From positions 1-28,457 of the IMG/VR virus record IMGVR_UViG_3300037524_001174: 28,457 bases of DNA; one strand, written 5' to 3'. The stretch is from a virus (taxonomy: Duplodnaviria; Caudoviricetes). This document shows positions 10,501-19,196 of the stretch, one piece after another; the first letter of the stretch is position 1, and the number at the start of each line of letters is the position of its first letter. The notes below the pieces were generated by a model. The model was given only the letters and a program-made list of their open reading frames with translations, made no database searches and had not been told where the DNA came from. Position numbers and translations under genes: made by a program.

Positions 10501-11769
10501 CTTGGCTCGGTCGGAGCGCGACATCGTGGACGTCACGTCCCTCACGAGGGACTGCACCTCAGGGGCGGGGTTCTGCATGAATGCGCTCACCATGCGCGAC
10601 TGGGCCGTCCCCTTCGGGGCGCCTCGCCTCACGATGGAACCGGCCTCCTCGGCCAGTTCAGCCGCGCTCCATGCCGCCTTCACGACGTTGTCCGTGCTGC
10701 CGATGGCCGCACGCGACAGGAGTTCGACGCGCCTCGCGATGGCCCCTGCCTTGGCTGCGTTGGCCGCCAGCCCGGTGCCGAACCCGGCCACGATGATGGG
10801 GTCGGTGAACACCTCGAACACCATGTTCACGAAGGGGTCGTTCGTGAACCCGGCCCCCATCCTGACTATCTCATCAAGGAACCTGTCTCGGGCGGCTTCG
10901 CCTTGTCCGTACTCTCCAGCCGCGTATCTCTCACGGATGGCTTCAATCTCAGGGTGGAGACTGCCCTTCGGAGCAGCCATGACATCCTCGATGCGATTGA
11001 ACCCACCAGCGTACGTCCTTTCCACGAGCATCTGGGGGATGGAGAGCGTCATCAGCGCCCGCTCCAGCAGCGTCGAGTCGGGGACGATGAGGGGGGCGAG
11101 GGCCTGAGGGACTTCCATCGCTGCGGCAAGGTCGCCCTGATGGGACCTCACGTACTGCGACATGTACCACTCAAGGTTGAGGGGGTCCGTGCGGATGCTT
11201 TCGAGGATGCGCGCCTTCTCCTGCGTCATCGGCAACTTCTCGAAGGCCTCTTCGGTGCTCGGGACCCACGGGAGAGGGACATGACCAGCGGCCTCGACGG
11301 GGATGTCGAGGATGGTGCCCACGCCGGAGGCGACGTTGACGATGGGGTCACGGATGAAGCCCGGGAGTACCCCCGTCACGAGCGACGTCAGGCCCCCCAG
11401 CACCTGCGACACGAACTTCTGGTCCGTCCCGAGGAAGGTCTGAGGCGACTGCTCAGGTGGGTTGACGACATCGGTGATGTTCGACACACGCGGGGGCGCG
11501 ATGGCCACGGAGAACTTCCCGAACCGCTCGATGTCGGAGTCTGGCACCGGGGTGCGGATGTCCTCGGGCGAGATGGCCGGGTAGCCGTGCATGCTGCGCA
11601 GGTAGTCCGTCGTCGGGACCCACCCGCCGTTGTGGCTGAGCGCCCTGCTCGCCGGGCCCCCGTCAGCACTCCAGCCTGCCGTGGAGTCCCAACTGGGCGC
11701 GTACGGCGCCCCGATGGGGGGCGACGGCATGGACGGCGCTGTGATGCTTCCCCACCTGTCCATGGTCAC
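4555..11769 (-). CDS. Giant (2404 aa) probable internal virion/ejection protein of large polyvalent type, with HhH-glycosylase-like and HExxH zincin modules
   Basis: Long ORF in the head operon, start overlapping the upstream stop. Motifs GWY...TSP...KLYDF...IDVW...Y...QAVAW (about 6670-7615) and TTLVHESFH...EEWVA (HESFH at 5473-5487). Confidence 0.7.
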   Translation of the reverse strand: MTMDRWGSITAPSMPSPPIGAPYAPSWDSTAGWSADGGPASRALSHNGGWVPTTDYLRSMHGYPAISPEDIRTPVPDSDIERFGKFSVAIAPPRVSNITDVVNPPEQSPQTFLGTDQKFVSQVLGGLTSLVTGVLPGFIRDPIVNVASGVGTILDIPVEAAGHVPLPWVPSTEEAFEKLPMTQEKARILESIRTDPLNLEWYMSQYVRSHQGDLAAAMEVPQALAPLIVPDSTLLERALMTLSIPQMLVERTYAGGFNRIEDVMAAPKGSLHPEIEAIRERYAAGEYGQGEAARDRFLDEIVRMGAGFTNDPFVNMVFEVFTDPIIVAGFGTGLAANAAKAGAIARRVELLSRAAIGSTDNVVKAAWSAAELAEEAGSIVRRGAPKGTAQSRMVSAFMQNPAPEVQSLVRDVTSTMSRSDRAKIGLTPVINGAAKVSEMLNSPLGIFGRDNIGKVFGQRFANKAVLGFINGHDILVVHRLSEAISALGPDVVSRYHDALGRAVAYSQRSLLMDNLSKMARVWGKGESASFMPDAISPSEVARQIEQGYRDGVLDDSLLAQEVQRHTERVRYQPVPDLHGLEGDARRVEYDRQMGLFREQAAEQLAYVLEIDVATARRMVGDASEDTISYIHNLHWGRVTRDFVEARNVDARVADGSISAAQAVLGRARIDRTRAKAKKRLIERQADRSNVQRVTIVGPRTLTIQDAERILKDIGSGSTAAVQDAVAHYEELARNFYSPVYDATDVDFLNRVKVFLEDAIKNQSLVSVISDDKLRAIAPTVAQYLDDSAGRLGGRGYRVGLAPSPDKVWRAVTDEHGNLVGYAPWMDIDVTPGNVATPTRMDVIRQKMFSPIRAENILQRNRREFIRSGVRDFGLDHGSAATLWNVIRKAASDREMTMRAFTRAELGDLLNKADIPRDLKTRIGDRGYMLLVARAMEGDVMQVGLTSKMTGALKTQTTAWQNYVSMLAERVYPWIRFNLNPIFLAQEFIEPYFYNILRGYKLGRKLKEQDVEHLMVIEAMNSSLHLAEGLENREFRTIGAHLMHRYAGPQTFLGGLTAKLSAGTSSLRDVKSLNYVLAHRKQYAEAVVDMWDRVSPTFYARVSAHFNDLARAAGENVPLSREEVVVRWLKHKGWRDPDRAETHLHLWDGGKPDTIGRIDGVRRSHVARWAGYDSWVSMRADIAAGGLDEWTFRNGMVSEGLTPEYAERAWQVANAPDIDQFLDDAVVDYDPAVRGQARETLRAMMEAGAVTQGIPLDEYVARTFTGSTQWLDNNGQLPIGSYLQVFDRWAEEYGIELFGPEDARWQATLARANDLLPSKPHKDMTAHVNAGNKALAGKLKTKPVFVGEVEGVKFAPDHGMDPVRGAEEYKRYLLSVLTAPEIEGAAGWYRMMGPRFASVFHAMDDESLRRWAKLMNAHRSSLPEIDLTDMAAVRVEVSARAFMAWAATQVQTSPRGGLGNLVQVIDETIRPGRQGKRPKVTFYKMQEKQMRGLIQHLETTLSSEGVAAKLYDFMDSVLGNEQRSWFKHHPNAPTFTRLDGTVVPMQPAAIDVWMKRDRGYIDSETIRFIAQKRAEAQSALPYRQAYEQELVRAQIELRAFEGKQITVEEVQPDGSIAKKKKDEPKERYYERKRAFEQEHGVELNDVYDKQPETPEYAASILRYNELTDAINQGEGWLGRSYANGNPWTVADIQAVAWEAMRRQYRAMESGPMAMFPQTGAQVAFEAVPSTSNRPFSEAFPFHGLDFDTQDIITGDMAKATLPIVSELTGVTITAVAPGRGGWKSPDGFSHTPNTAWELFGSAEQVDDARLCLTYLLQQDCVFSVSVPKPKVNGQPQTRSGRGRYWAFDFKMDGGGAQSADVLARYLHQHGIQWNGYMAAFDEQGNVGVRSLFTPRDEWSAENHIHVPDKSELADFEAMAPVPAELLSRLQDGTWIQELGGETPVPVRFERNLYDSNGTFASFSDDMDRVDARVAEGVSREVALREELGKSILDELTARGRGDVAAALADRHLGTVIAAGDDAFKRAAPDVWARERGIESLKAAFPSGAADAEVAAAQRVLLQRRGRGWAGATAFDADSRATFYLNRQKADLTTLVHESFHTFARNLQPSAIEAIHDIYAAARRKPRPTTKTLSRDAEEWVAAQYENYVAKGFVEDPSLRLPHILNAYADWGRRVGRTTGQFDPRLQSLFDSVTPEVHGRNMSVWDPQQFMLAEAARIAWSASEEAAFKTHYYARGRSWLERSANHPYLGLYPLSYMWGKVLPELMRFLIEKPFGVDAPFAGLAMANHVWEAIQLELNTDDGIADFVAQMPETLHLLELMLPGTPWNLPVNMPAWTRRLGAAALQGDEVTLGSIGSALTDTFAYAFGPGRAPRDVLRLADELTEAMSGQQAPIAPPSGMTPPTGVQ

Positions 11770-14639
11770 CGTATCCGGGTGCCGCTACCGCGTGGGTTCC
11801 ACCGCTCGTCCGCCTCCTCTTCCGTGGGGTTGAGTTGCTCCTGCGTCGGGACCGACGAGGACGGAGGGTGGAAGTTCGCCCCGCTGGAGTCGCTCGGAGG
11901 TGTCCACGAGCCACCACGGCTCCTGCCGCTCCCGGTAGTCGGGGGAGGAGGCGGAGAGCCACCGAATGTGACGGTAGGCGGCGGAGGCTGGAACGTCGGC
12001 ATCTGGACGACAGGCGCGACGGGCGTGGGCGGGGGAGGAGGTGCACCCGGGGCCAGCCCGCCCTCGTCGGACAATGGAGCCACGCCCGGGAGGTGGGGGA
12101 CCTTCACCGTCGGCTGCTGTGCTCCCCTGTCGAGGTCTGGGACCGGAGGAGGACCGGGGAGGTCGATGACGTCACCGATGGCCCTCCCGATGCCGCCGAG
12201 GATGTCCATGACGCCACCGGCCGCGTTCCCGATGGTGGTGGCCGCATTCTGGGCACCGGACACGACCCCGCGCCCGGCCATCGAGATGCGGTCAGTCTCG
12301 TCTGCCGTCTCACCCATGGCTGCGGCCATGCGGTCCCACGAGGCCCAATCGATACGAGACGCCCAGTCCGACCCGGCCCCGGCCCCAGCGCCGATGCGCG
12401 GGTTGCTGGAGCCCTCTGCGGCAGCGGCGGCCTCTCCGGGCGACAGGCGCATGCTGTCGGACAGCCCCATCAGCGACCGATACGCCTCACCGTAGGTCTG
12501 CCCGACCATGTTGGGCTCCTGCGCGATGACGTTGAGGAGTTCGGCCTCTCGGCCACGGAACGCCTCGGCCAGCGTGGGGTTGTTCATCAGGTTGGCGATG
12601 ATGCTCGATGGCGAGGAGAGGTACGGGGTGTTGAAAGCCAGCCCCTGCTGGACTGCGTACGCCTCAGACCCCATGCTCCCGGGGAGCATGTTCTCCACAG
12701 GCCCGGCCTGCGAGGGGACATTCGGGACCCCGGCCTGACCCCAGCGCTGCTCGATGCCCTCATCGATTGCCCGCACGGCGTCGGAGATGGCCTGCTCGTC
12801 CATGGCGTTGCCCATGGACACGTAGCCGTCCCCGACCTGAACGATGCCAGCGGTCCGAAGCATCGACGCCCTATCGGCGGCAGCAGCCGCCTGCTCGGCC
12901 TCGAACTCGTCCTGCTCGGCCTGCTCCTCGGGCGTCCTGTAGAGGTCCACCCCGGGCGGCTCGAACGCCGTCCTGATGCGGTTGAGGGACGTGTCCGACT
13001 GGTTGACCATGACGTACCCGTCGCGGTCGCTCTTGAGGAGCATCCCCGTGCTGCGCATCGCGGCATCGCCGGTCCACGAAGGCACCACGGTCCCGTCGGC
13101 ACGTGAGAGATATCGGACGAACATCCTCTGGCCGTCGTACTCGGCCACGTACAACTCGGCGTCGGTCGAGTCAGGCGTGAGGTACACCGGCTTCAGCGGG
13201 ACCGCCACCGGGACGATGGTCCCATCGGGGGACACCTGCGTCACGAGGGCCATCCGGCCAGCCGCCATCGGCTCCTCGATGAAGGAGTGGACGGTGAAGC
13301 GCTGCTCGTAGGAGATGGCCCCGGTGGGTGACTCCGGCTGCTGGATGACGTACATCCCGCCACTGCGGATGCCCTGAGCCCAGACGTTCATCTGGGCCTC
13401 GACCATCGCGACTTCCTGCATCGTCTGCGAGCCGCCCCACACCGGGTTCCCGCCCACGAGGCGTATCGTCTCGGTGTTCCCGCTGAGGGCCGCGATGCTG
13501 TTGCGCACCTCGCCTGCTGCGGCGTAGTCCTTGGCCTGCATGAACTTGGCGTAGGCGCGCTGGAGGTCACCGATGAAGGCCTGCTTGTCGGCGCCCGTCC
13601 ACTGCAGCGGGTCGGTGGCCCCGGAGATGGCCTCCTGATACGCGTCGTACCCGTCCATGATGTCGTCGGCGGCCGAGAGCCTCGTGTCGAGGGCGCGGGC
13701 AGCGCGCACGTCACGCATGTCCTCCCTGAAGGAGGCGACATGGGACGAGAGGTCCCCGGGGTAGGCCTTGGCAGCGGCCACCTGCATCCTGATGCCCTGC
13801 TGCGCACGCCTCGACAGCCGTTCGAGGAGGTCGAGGGACAGCCCGCCGTGGTACAGGCCATCCGGCAGCGCACGCTGCAACTGGCGCTTCAGGTAGGGCC
13901 ACGACGGGTCGCTCTGGACCCCGTCTGCCAGCGCCTCCCAGAGCCCAGAGGCGGCGCCTGTCTCCATGTCGAGGATATTCCCGCCCTCGGGCAGGAGCCC
14001 ACGGGCCTGCGCGAACGCGTTGAGTGCCGACATGACGGTCTTCATCGGCTGGACGTACTCGCGTTCGATGGCGTTGACGCGTGCGACGTACTGCTTGTAC
14101 TCGGCGGCAGGGTCGGTGGTCTTCGTGGCGCTCCTCGACCGCTGCTGGGCGAGGGCCGCAGCACGGGAGTACTGCGCCGCAGAGGCCATGAGGTCGCGGT
14201 AGGCCGCACTCCTGCGGGGGAGCCTGCGTGCCCACTGCGTGTAGAACCCACGCATGGCGGCATTGGCTGCGCTCTGCGCGCTGGCGTAGGCGGCAGCCCC
14301 TCCCCTCGTGCTCGTGTCGATGCGAGCGGCAGAGGCGAGGGCGCGCTGGTACTTCAGGTTCGCCTTCTGCTCAGCGATGGTGAAGCGGTACTGCCAGAGG
14401 CGGTTGTTCCATTCGTCCCACAGCGGGTCGTCCTTGTCGAGTTCGTCACGCCTCGACTTGATGTGGGAGAGGAGCATCGCGTCGGTGACCTTGCGGCCCT
14501 CGTACTCGCCGCCGTTCTCCCACGCGTCGAACATGTTCTGGTCCTGCTGCGCCCGGTACTGGCGCATCATGGCCACGATGGACGCAGTGAGGTCAGGCGC
14601 TTCCCTGAGCGTCCTCCCGAACCTGCCGATGCGCGCCAT
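11766..14639 (-). CDS. Probable internal virion protein (957 aa) with a Pro-rich C-terminus
   Basis: Long Ala-rich helical ORF, translationally coupled to portal (shared base 14639) and to the 2404-aa gene. Function inferred from position only. Confidence 0.55.
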   Translation of the reverse strand: MARIGRFGRTLREAPDLTASIVAMMRQYRAQQDQNMFDAWENGGEYEGRKVTDAMLLSHIKSRRDELDKDDPLWDEWNNRLWQYRFTIAEQKANLKYQRALASAARIDTSTRGGAAAYASAQSAANAAMRGFYTQWARRLPRRSAAYRDLMASAAQYSRAAALAQQRSRSATKTTDPAAEYKQYVARVNAIEREYVQPMKTVMSALNAFAQARGLLPEGGNILDMETGAASGLWEALADGVQSDPSWPYLKRQLQRALPDGLYHGGLSLDLLERLSRRAQQGIRMQVAAAKAYPGDLSSHVASFREDMRDVRAARALDTRLSAADDIMDGYDAYQEAISGATDPLQWTGADKQAFIGDLQRAYAKFMQAKDYAAAGEVRNSIAALSGNTETIRLVGGNPVWGGSQTMQEVAMVEAQMNVWAQGIRSGGMYVIQQPESPTGAISYEQRFTVHSFIEEPMAAGRMALVTQVSPDGTIVPVAVPLKPVYLTPDSTDAELYVAEYDGQRMFVRYLSRADGTVVPSWTGDAAMRSTGMLLKSDRDGYVMVNQSDTSLNRIRTAFEPPGVDLYRTPEEQAEQDEFEAEQAAAAADRASMLRTAGIVQVGDGYVSMGNAMDEQAISDAVRAIDEGIEQRWGQAGVPNVPSQAGPVENMLPGSMGSEAYAVQQGLAFNTPYLSSPSSIIANLMNNPTLAEAFRGREAELLNVIAQEPNMVGQTYGEAYRSLMGLSDSMRLSPGEAAAAAEGSSNPRIGAGAGAGSDWASRIDWASWDRMAAAMGETADETDRISMAGRGVVSGAQNAATTIGNAAGGVMDILGGIGRAIGDVIDLPGPPPVPDLDRGAQQPTVKVPHLPGVAPLSDEGGLAPGAPPPPPTPVAPVVQMPTFQPPPPTVTFGGSPPPPPTTGSGRSRGGSWTPPSDSSGANFHPPSSSVPTQEQLNPTEEEADERWNPRGSGTRIR

Positions 14640-16678
14640 CAGACACCCTCAGTGGGCGGGATGGGCGTTCCTCCGGGGGCGATGGGCTGCTGGAAGAGCA
14701 GGCGGTTCGTGACCTCCCCGCCCTTCACCATCTGCTGGGCGACGGCGTTGTAGCCCTCACCCTCGACGGGCGCTCCACCACCCGGCGGCGGGGCGCCGGG
14801 AGTCAATGCCTCTGGCGGGAGGACGGCGCCCTCGCCCTGCCCGTTCAGCATCGGCATGCCACCCGGCGCCGCTGCAGCCGCCTGCGCGCCCAGACCACCC
14901 GGGGCCCCGCCACTGGGCGCCGGGGGTTGGGGCTGCTGAGCCATCTGCATCTGCTGCGTGGTCATCTGCAACTGCTGGAGTTGCGAGGCCAGAGCAGCCT
15001 GCGTCTGAACGTCGGCCGGGAAGAGCGAGGCGTCGGTGCGCTCCTCCTTGACCATCACGACCTCGGACTCCGGGTCCTCCACGCCGACGGCGTCCATGCC
15101 CCGGCGCAGGCTCCAGAGTTTCGTGTTCACGTTGTTGGCGGCCATGGTGGCCGTCTCGATTTCGTCCCTCGGGGTCAGCGAGGGCGCCTTCACCACGAGC
15201 CGCTGCGCCTGCTCGAAGGCCCCGCGCACGTCGGCGTCACGGTTGCCCCACACCGTCGTCACGAGGTCCCACACCTGCTGGCGCCAGCGGTAGAAGAGCC
15301 TGCGCTTCATGGCGATGCGCGCCTCGTAGTTGGCGACGAGGGCGTTGATGGCCTTGCCAGACGAGAGCACCTGCGCCGGGGCGAGCCCGCGCAGGAGGTC
15401 GTTCAATCCGCTCACATCGACCAACTCGCGGTCGATGCGGTCGAGGTAGGCGTCGAACTGGAACTCGGGCATCCACGGCTGGATTGGCTCGATGCGGTTC
15501 CCGGCGCCCGGGGCGATGACCCGGTCGGGCTTCGGCTCCATGCCGGAGGGGACCTTGTCGGGGGCCTCCGGGCCCGTCAACTGCCAGTACTGGCCACCCA
15601 CCGTCTTGGCAATCATCTGGCCGCCAGCACTCATCCGCTCGTCCTTCTCACGGATGAGTTGCTCGATGTCGTAGAACTCGCTGCGACCGTCGGGCACGCC
15701 CGGGATGTAGGTGTTGAAGACGGGGATGTAGGGGAGGCGGCCACCGTACTCCTCGAACTCCTCGTGCTGGACGAGGTGGTTGCCCACGAGGATGACGTTC
15801 TCGGTGACCATCTTGGTGGGCTGCCCCAGCACGATGCTGTCCTTGGGCTCCCGCTTCCAGTAGTCGATGACCTCGACCATGTAGGACTCGTCCCCGGTGA
15901 GCCACTGGCGGGTCCCGGGGCGGGTGCTCGTGGCCACGCTCCCGGGGTTCACCCTGACCACGGGGAGGCCGTCGAGGTTGCGGTCGATGTCGAGCCCGTA
16001 CTTCTCCATGGCCGTGAGGGGATGGATGCGGTAGGCGTAGACGACCCAGTCCAGCGTGCGGTAGTCGGTCCCGCTCCAGCCCAGCCACAGGTTGCGCGGC
16101 TGGTCAACGATGCTGACCGACGGCCGCCCGTTCTCCTCGTCCCACCAGACCTTGGCCGCCGTGCGGCCATAGAGGGCCTTGGTGGTCGCGGCCATGTGCG
16201 CGAGCGTCTCGAAGTCCACCTCGTCCTTCCATGCGAAGTAGACGCGCTCCACGGCGCTGGCCAACTCGCGGTTCATGGGGTCGCGGGGGTTGGCCGGGAG
16301 GATGTTCTCGATGGGGACGTAGGACTGGAGCGAGGCGGGCACGTCCACGTACACGGGGTAGACGTTGACGCTCACGTGCGTCCTGCCGGGGATGGAGCGG
16401 TTGACGTCTTCGGGCCAGTGGTCGGCCCCGAAGTCGGTGACGACGTTGGGGTAGTAGAGGTTGTCGTAGCGGTCGCAGAGGTTCTGGAAGCGCGACATCT
16501 CGGCGCGCTTCGTGTCCATCCTCGCGGCCACCTCGCGGAGGTACTCCGCCGCCTCCCGGTCGCCCATCTCCTCTGCGACACGGGCGTAGTAGGCCGGTGA
16601 GGGCTTTGGCCTGTCGACCACCGAGCGTGTGAGCATCGGGTGAAAGATACCACGCCCCGTGTCGGGAAGGCAGAGCAT
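14639..16678 (-). CDS. Portal protein (podovirus-like) with a Q/P-rich C-terminal tail; true start may be ATG 16636
   Basis: Directly follows TerL. Motifs ALYGRTAAKVWWD, LPYIPVFN...GRSEFYDIEQL, VSGLNDLLRG...SGKAINAL. The annotated ATG at 16678 lies inside a 15-bp hairpin. Confidence 0.82.
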   Translation of the reverse strand: MLCLPDTGRGIFHPMLTRSVVDRPKPSPAYYARVAEEMGDREAAEYLREVAARMDTKRAEMSRFQNLCDRYDNLYYPNVVTDFGADHWPEDVNRSIPGRTHVSVNVYPVYVDVPASLQSYVPIENILPANPRDPMNRELASAVERVYFAWKDEVDFETLAHMAATTKALYGRTAAKVWWDEENGRPSVSIVDQPRNLWLGWSGTDYRTLDWVVYAYRIHPLTAMEKYGLDIDRNLDGLPVVRVNPGSVATSTRPGTRQWLTGDESYMVEVIDYWKREPKDSIVLGQPTKMVTENVILVGNHLVQHEEFEEYGGRLPYIPVFNTYIPGVPDGRSEFYDIEQLIREKDERMSAGGQMIAKTVGGQYWQLTGPEAPDKVPSGMEPKPDRVIAPGAGNRIEPIQPWMPEFQFDAYLDRIDRELVDVSGLNDLLRGLAPAQVLSSGKAINALVANYEARIAMKRRLFYRWRQQVWDLVTTVWGNRDADVRGAFEQAQRLVVKAPSLTPRDEIETATMAANNVNTKLWSLRRGMDAVGVEDPESEVVMVKEERTDASLFPADVQTQAALASQLQQLQMTTQQMQMAQQPQPPAPSGGAPGGLGAQAAAAAPGGMPMLNGQGEGAVLPPEALTPGAPPPGGGAPVEGEGYNAVAQQMVKGGEVTNRLLFQQPIAPGGTPIPPTEGV

Positions 16679-16704
16679 CTCCCCCTACTGGGGGAGATGC
16701 TCTG
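16671..16704. other. Perfect 15-bp inverted repeat between terL and portal
   Basis: CAGAGCATCTCCCCC-TACT-GGGGGAGATGCTCTG. Confidence 0.8.
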
Positions 16705-16725
16705 TGAGACGAACCTTCACAACCT

Positions 16726-18312
16726 TCACAAGTTCAGCCCGACTCGCCTCAGTCGGTGGGAGATATGGCGGTCGCGGCGCTCCTCGTCCGTCTCCTCGGT
16801 GGCCTCTACCGCGGGGGGCAGGACGGGGGCAGCGGGGGCAGGCTGCCAGAACGAGAAGGGAGCCGAGTCCTTGGCGTCGCTCATCTGGCGCATGAGTTGC
16901 TTCACGGCCACCGCCAATGCCATCACGGCGTCCTGCTCAATCTTGCGGTCATCGATGACGTAGGCGAGGAGTTGCCTGCGGAGTTCGAGCCACGGACCAT
17001 GCCTCGGGAAGCGCAGGCGGCCCTGCTCGATGAGGCCCTTCAGGTCGGTGATGAGCCGCATCTTCACCTTGCGCGTCCCGCCGAACTCCACGCTGTGGAG
17101 GGGGTGGACGCCTTCGAGCATCTGCCTGAAGACCTTCCCGCCCATGCCGGTGGTGTCGAGGGCCGTCTCGCACCACGCCCCCTTGCGCGAGTAGGCGAAG
17201 TGCGTCTGGCGCACCATCTCGGCCACGTCGGTGACCTTCTGCTTGCCCTTGCGCCGCTGCGCGAGGACACCCGTGAAGCGGCCCTTCTCGTGGGCGTCGA
17301 TGACGAAACTCCACGTGGCGTCGTACACGGCGGCCGGGTCCACCCCCTGCACGTAGCGCCTGCCCGGGAGGCATGGCTGCTGCTCTGGGAGGCTGTCGAG
17401 GAACATGGCGTCCACGGCGCGTGAGTCGAAGAAGGCCTTGCGGCCTTGGATGAAGTAGCCGTCCACGTTCTGGGGGCGGAGGTGCTCCGGGTACCCATCC
17501 ACGAGGCGGTCGAAGACGCTCTGCTCCAGCCCGAACCCGATGTTGTCGCGGGTGCTCATGCGGAAGGAGATGTTGTCTGGCTTACGGAGGGGGTTCTCGG
17601 GGTCCCCCTCCTTCCACACGTCAGCGAACTGGTTGAAGCCCTCGGAGGGGGTGCTGATGAGCCACAGCGGGCCACCCGTGGAGAGACGCCGGAAGTGCAG
17701 CACCTCGTTGACGACGAACTCCAAGTTCATCTCGAAGCCGCACTCGTCGAAGGAGATGCCATGCATCTCCTTGCCCAATGAGCCCACGGCCCTCTCGGCG
17801 GTGGTGCGGAAGTGTATCTGGGCCCCACCCAGCACCGGGTCGATGCGTATCCAGCGGTACTCCCCACGCTCCTTCGAGTCGTGCTTGAGGAAGTGGCCGA
17901 GGGTGTCGGAGAGCGGGCAGCCCCTCCTGCGCTGGGCCTCGTGCTGGCCCTCCACCAACTGGACGATGGCGAAGAAGACGAGTTCACCCACCTCCTGCTG
18001 GATGCCGAAGTGGTACCAGTCGTAGGGCAGGCGCGTGAAGCGCATCATGTCGGTGAGGTCGTCTGGCGGGGCCAGCCCAATCTTGTAGAAGGCGTGGTGG
18101 AGGACGCCTACTGCCACGAGGAGCGTCTTCCCTGCGCGGTTGCCAGCGCTCACCGTGACGGTCAGCCACCTCGGGTGGAAGAGCGACTCGTCCCTCTGCA
18201 GCATGGCATCCCAGATGCGTTCCTGCCCGGGGTGCGGGCGGAGGCCGAGGAGGTGCGCGAAGTGCGGGATGTCCCAGCGCGCTCGTTCGAGGTCTTCGGG
18301 GGTGACCTTCAC
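16726..18312 (-). CDS. terL: Terminase large subunit
   Basis: Walker A AGNRAGKT, Walker B ISFDE, coupling motif ISTP, and nuclease motifs GVDPA, ALDTTGMG and QDAVMALA. Confidence 0.92.
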   Translation of the reverse strand: MKVTPEDLERARWDIPHFAHLLGLRPHPGQERIWDAMLQRDESLFHPRWLTVTVSAGNRAGKTLLVAVGVLHHAFYKIGLAPPDDLTDMMRFTRLPYDWYHFGIQQEVGELVFFAIVQLVEGQHEAQRRRGCPLSDTLGHFLKHDSKERGEYRWIRIDPVLGGAQIHFRTTAERAVGSLGKEMHGISFDECGFEMNLEFVVNEVLHFRRLSTGGPLWLISTPSEGFNQFADVWKEGDPENPLRKPDNISFRMSTRDNIGFGLEQSVFDRLVDGYPEHLRPQNVDGYFIQGRKAFFDSRAVDAMFLDSLPEQQPCLPGRRYVQGVDPAAVYDATWSFVIDAHEKGRFTGVLAQRRKGKQKVTDVAEMVRQTHFAYSRKGAWCETALDTTGMGGKVFRQMLEGVHPLHSVEFGGTRKVKMRLITDLKGLIEQGRLRFPRHGPWLELRRQLLAYVIDDRKIEQDAVMALAVAVKQLMRQMSDAKDSAPFSFWQPAPAAPVLPPAVEATEETDEERRDRHISHRLRRVGLNL

Positions 18313-18551
18313 GTCCCCTCGTCAAGCCTCACGGTGACGGTGGGGACGTAGAACTCCACCGGCTCGTGGTGCGGCTCCCCCATGCGGATGTCCAACTTCA
18401 CGCCCATGGTGCGCTCGCGGAAGCGCACCATCTCGATGAACAACTTCTCGCACACGAGGACGTCACGGCCCTCGCTGCACTTCTTCTGCGAGGCCTTCCT
18501 CCTGATGCGCTTCTCGGCCTCGCTCGGGGAGATGACGCCGTCGTCATCCAT
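18309..18551 (-). CDS. Hypothetical protein (80 aa, MDDDGVISPSEAEKRI...)
   Basis: ATG overlaps the stop of the upstream gene (ATGGATGA). Its stop overlaps the terL GTG start (GTGA), indicating translational coupling on both sides. Confidence 0.65.
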   Translation of the reverse strand: MDDDGVISPSEAEKRIRRKASQKKCSEGRDVLVCEKLFIEMVRFRERTMGVKLDIRMGEPHHEPVEFYVPTVTVRLDEGT

Positions 18552-19173
18552 CCAGACGCTCGAAAGGTCCCTCCGCGAGGAGGGCAAGGTCGTCGTCTTC
18601 GACACGTTCGTAGTCCCCTTCGATGACAGGGCGTGCGGAGATGAGGTGCGGGGGCGGGGGGGAGATGTGCAGGATGCGTGCGAGGTTGATGGCCAGTTCG
18701 CGGTCCTTGGCACGCTCCTCTCGCCGGTCGAGGAGTGCCTGCGCCTGAAGGCCGTGCTGCACCGTGACCCTCGCCTCCCCGGCCTTCAACTTGGCGATGA
18801 CCTCCTGCTGCACGAGGGAGGCCACGTCGTCCTGTCGGTCGAGGGAGCGCTGCACGCTGCGCTTCTCGGTGGGGGAGAGGTCGCGAGGGGCCCCCACGCA
18901 CACGTCGAGGTGCTTGGCTATCGTCTCGCGCTTCATGGAGGGGACGTCAGGGTCGCTGCGCGAGAGTTCCTCGATGCGCATGAAGGAGTACCCACGCAGG
19001 TGCAGGTTAGCCACGAAGTCCCTGCGCACAGGGTCCTCGCAGATGACGCACTTGCGACGAGGGGTGCGTTCGAGGGTCTTGTAGGTGGGGGAGAAGGGAC
19101 GAGGCATGTCGTCTGGAAGTCTACCCCCCTCGAAAGGGAGGAGGCCCGTCTTAGGAGGACGGGCCTCGCTCAC
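18544..19173 (-). CDS. Putative terminase small subunit (CxxC plus HTH-like N-terminus)
   Basis: RKCVICED...GYSFMRIEEL...MKRETIAKHLDVC followed by a helical oligomerisation-like region. Lies two genes upstream of terL. Confidence 0.55.
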   Translation of the reverse strand: MSEARPPKTGLLPFEGGRLPDDMPRPFSPTYKTLERTPRRKCVICEDPVRRDFVANLHLRGYSFMRIEELSRSDPDVPSMKRETIAKHLDVCVGAPRDLSPTEKRSVQRSLDRQDDVASLVQQEVIAKLKAGEARVTVQHGLQAQALLDRREERAKDRELAINLARILHISPPPPHLISARPVIEGDYERVEDDDLALLAEGPFERLDG

Positions 19174-19196
19174 ACAGGAGAGGGGGTGCCCCTAGT

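Noticed and set aside
4555-11769. Giant ORF as tape measure protein or virion RNA polymerase
   Set aside because: No tape-measure repeat periodicity or neighbouring tube/chaperone genes, and no recognisable DxDGD or T7-type polymerase motifs.
17654-17660. Second CTGATGA motif
   Set aside because: Lies antisense within terL, with no matching GAAA or stems.
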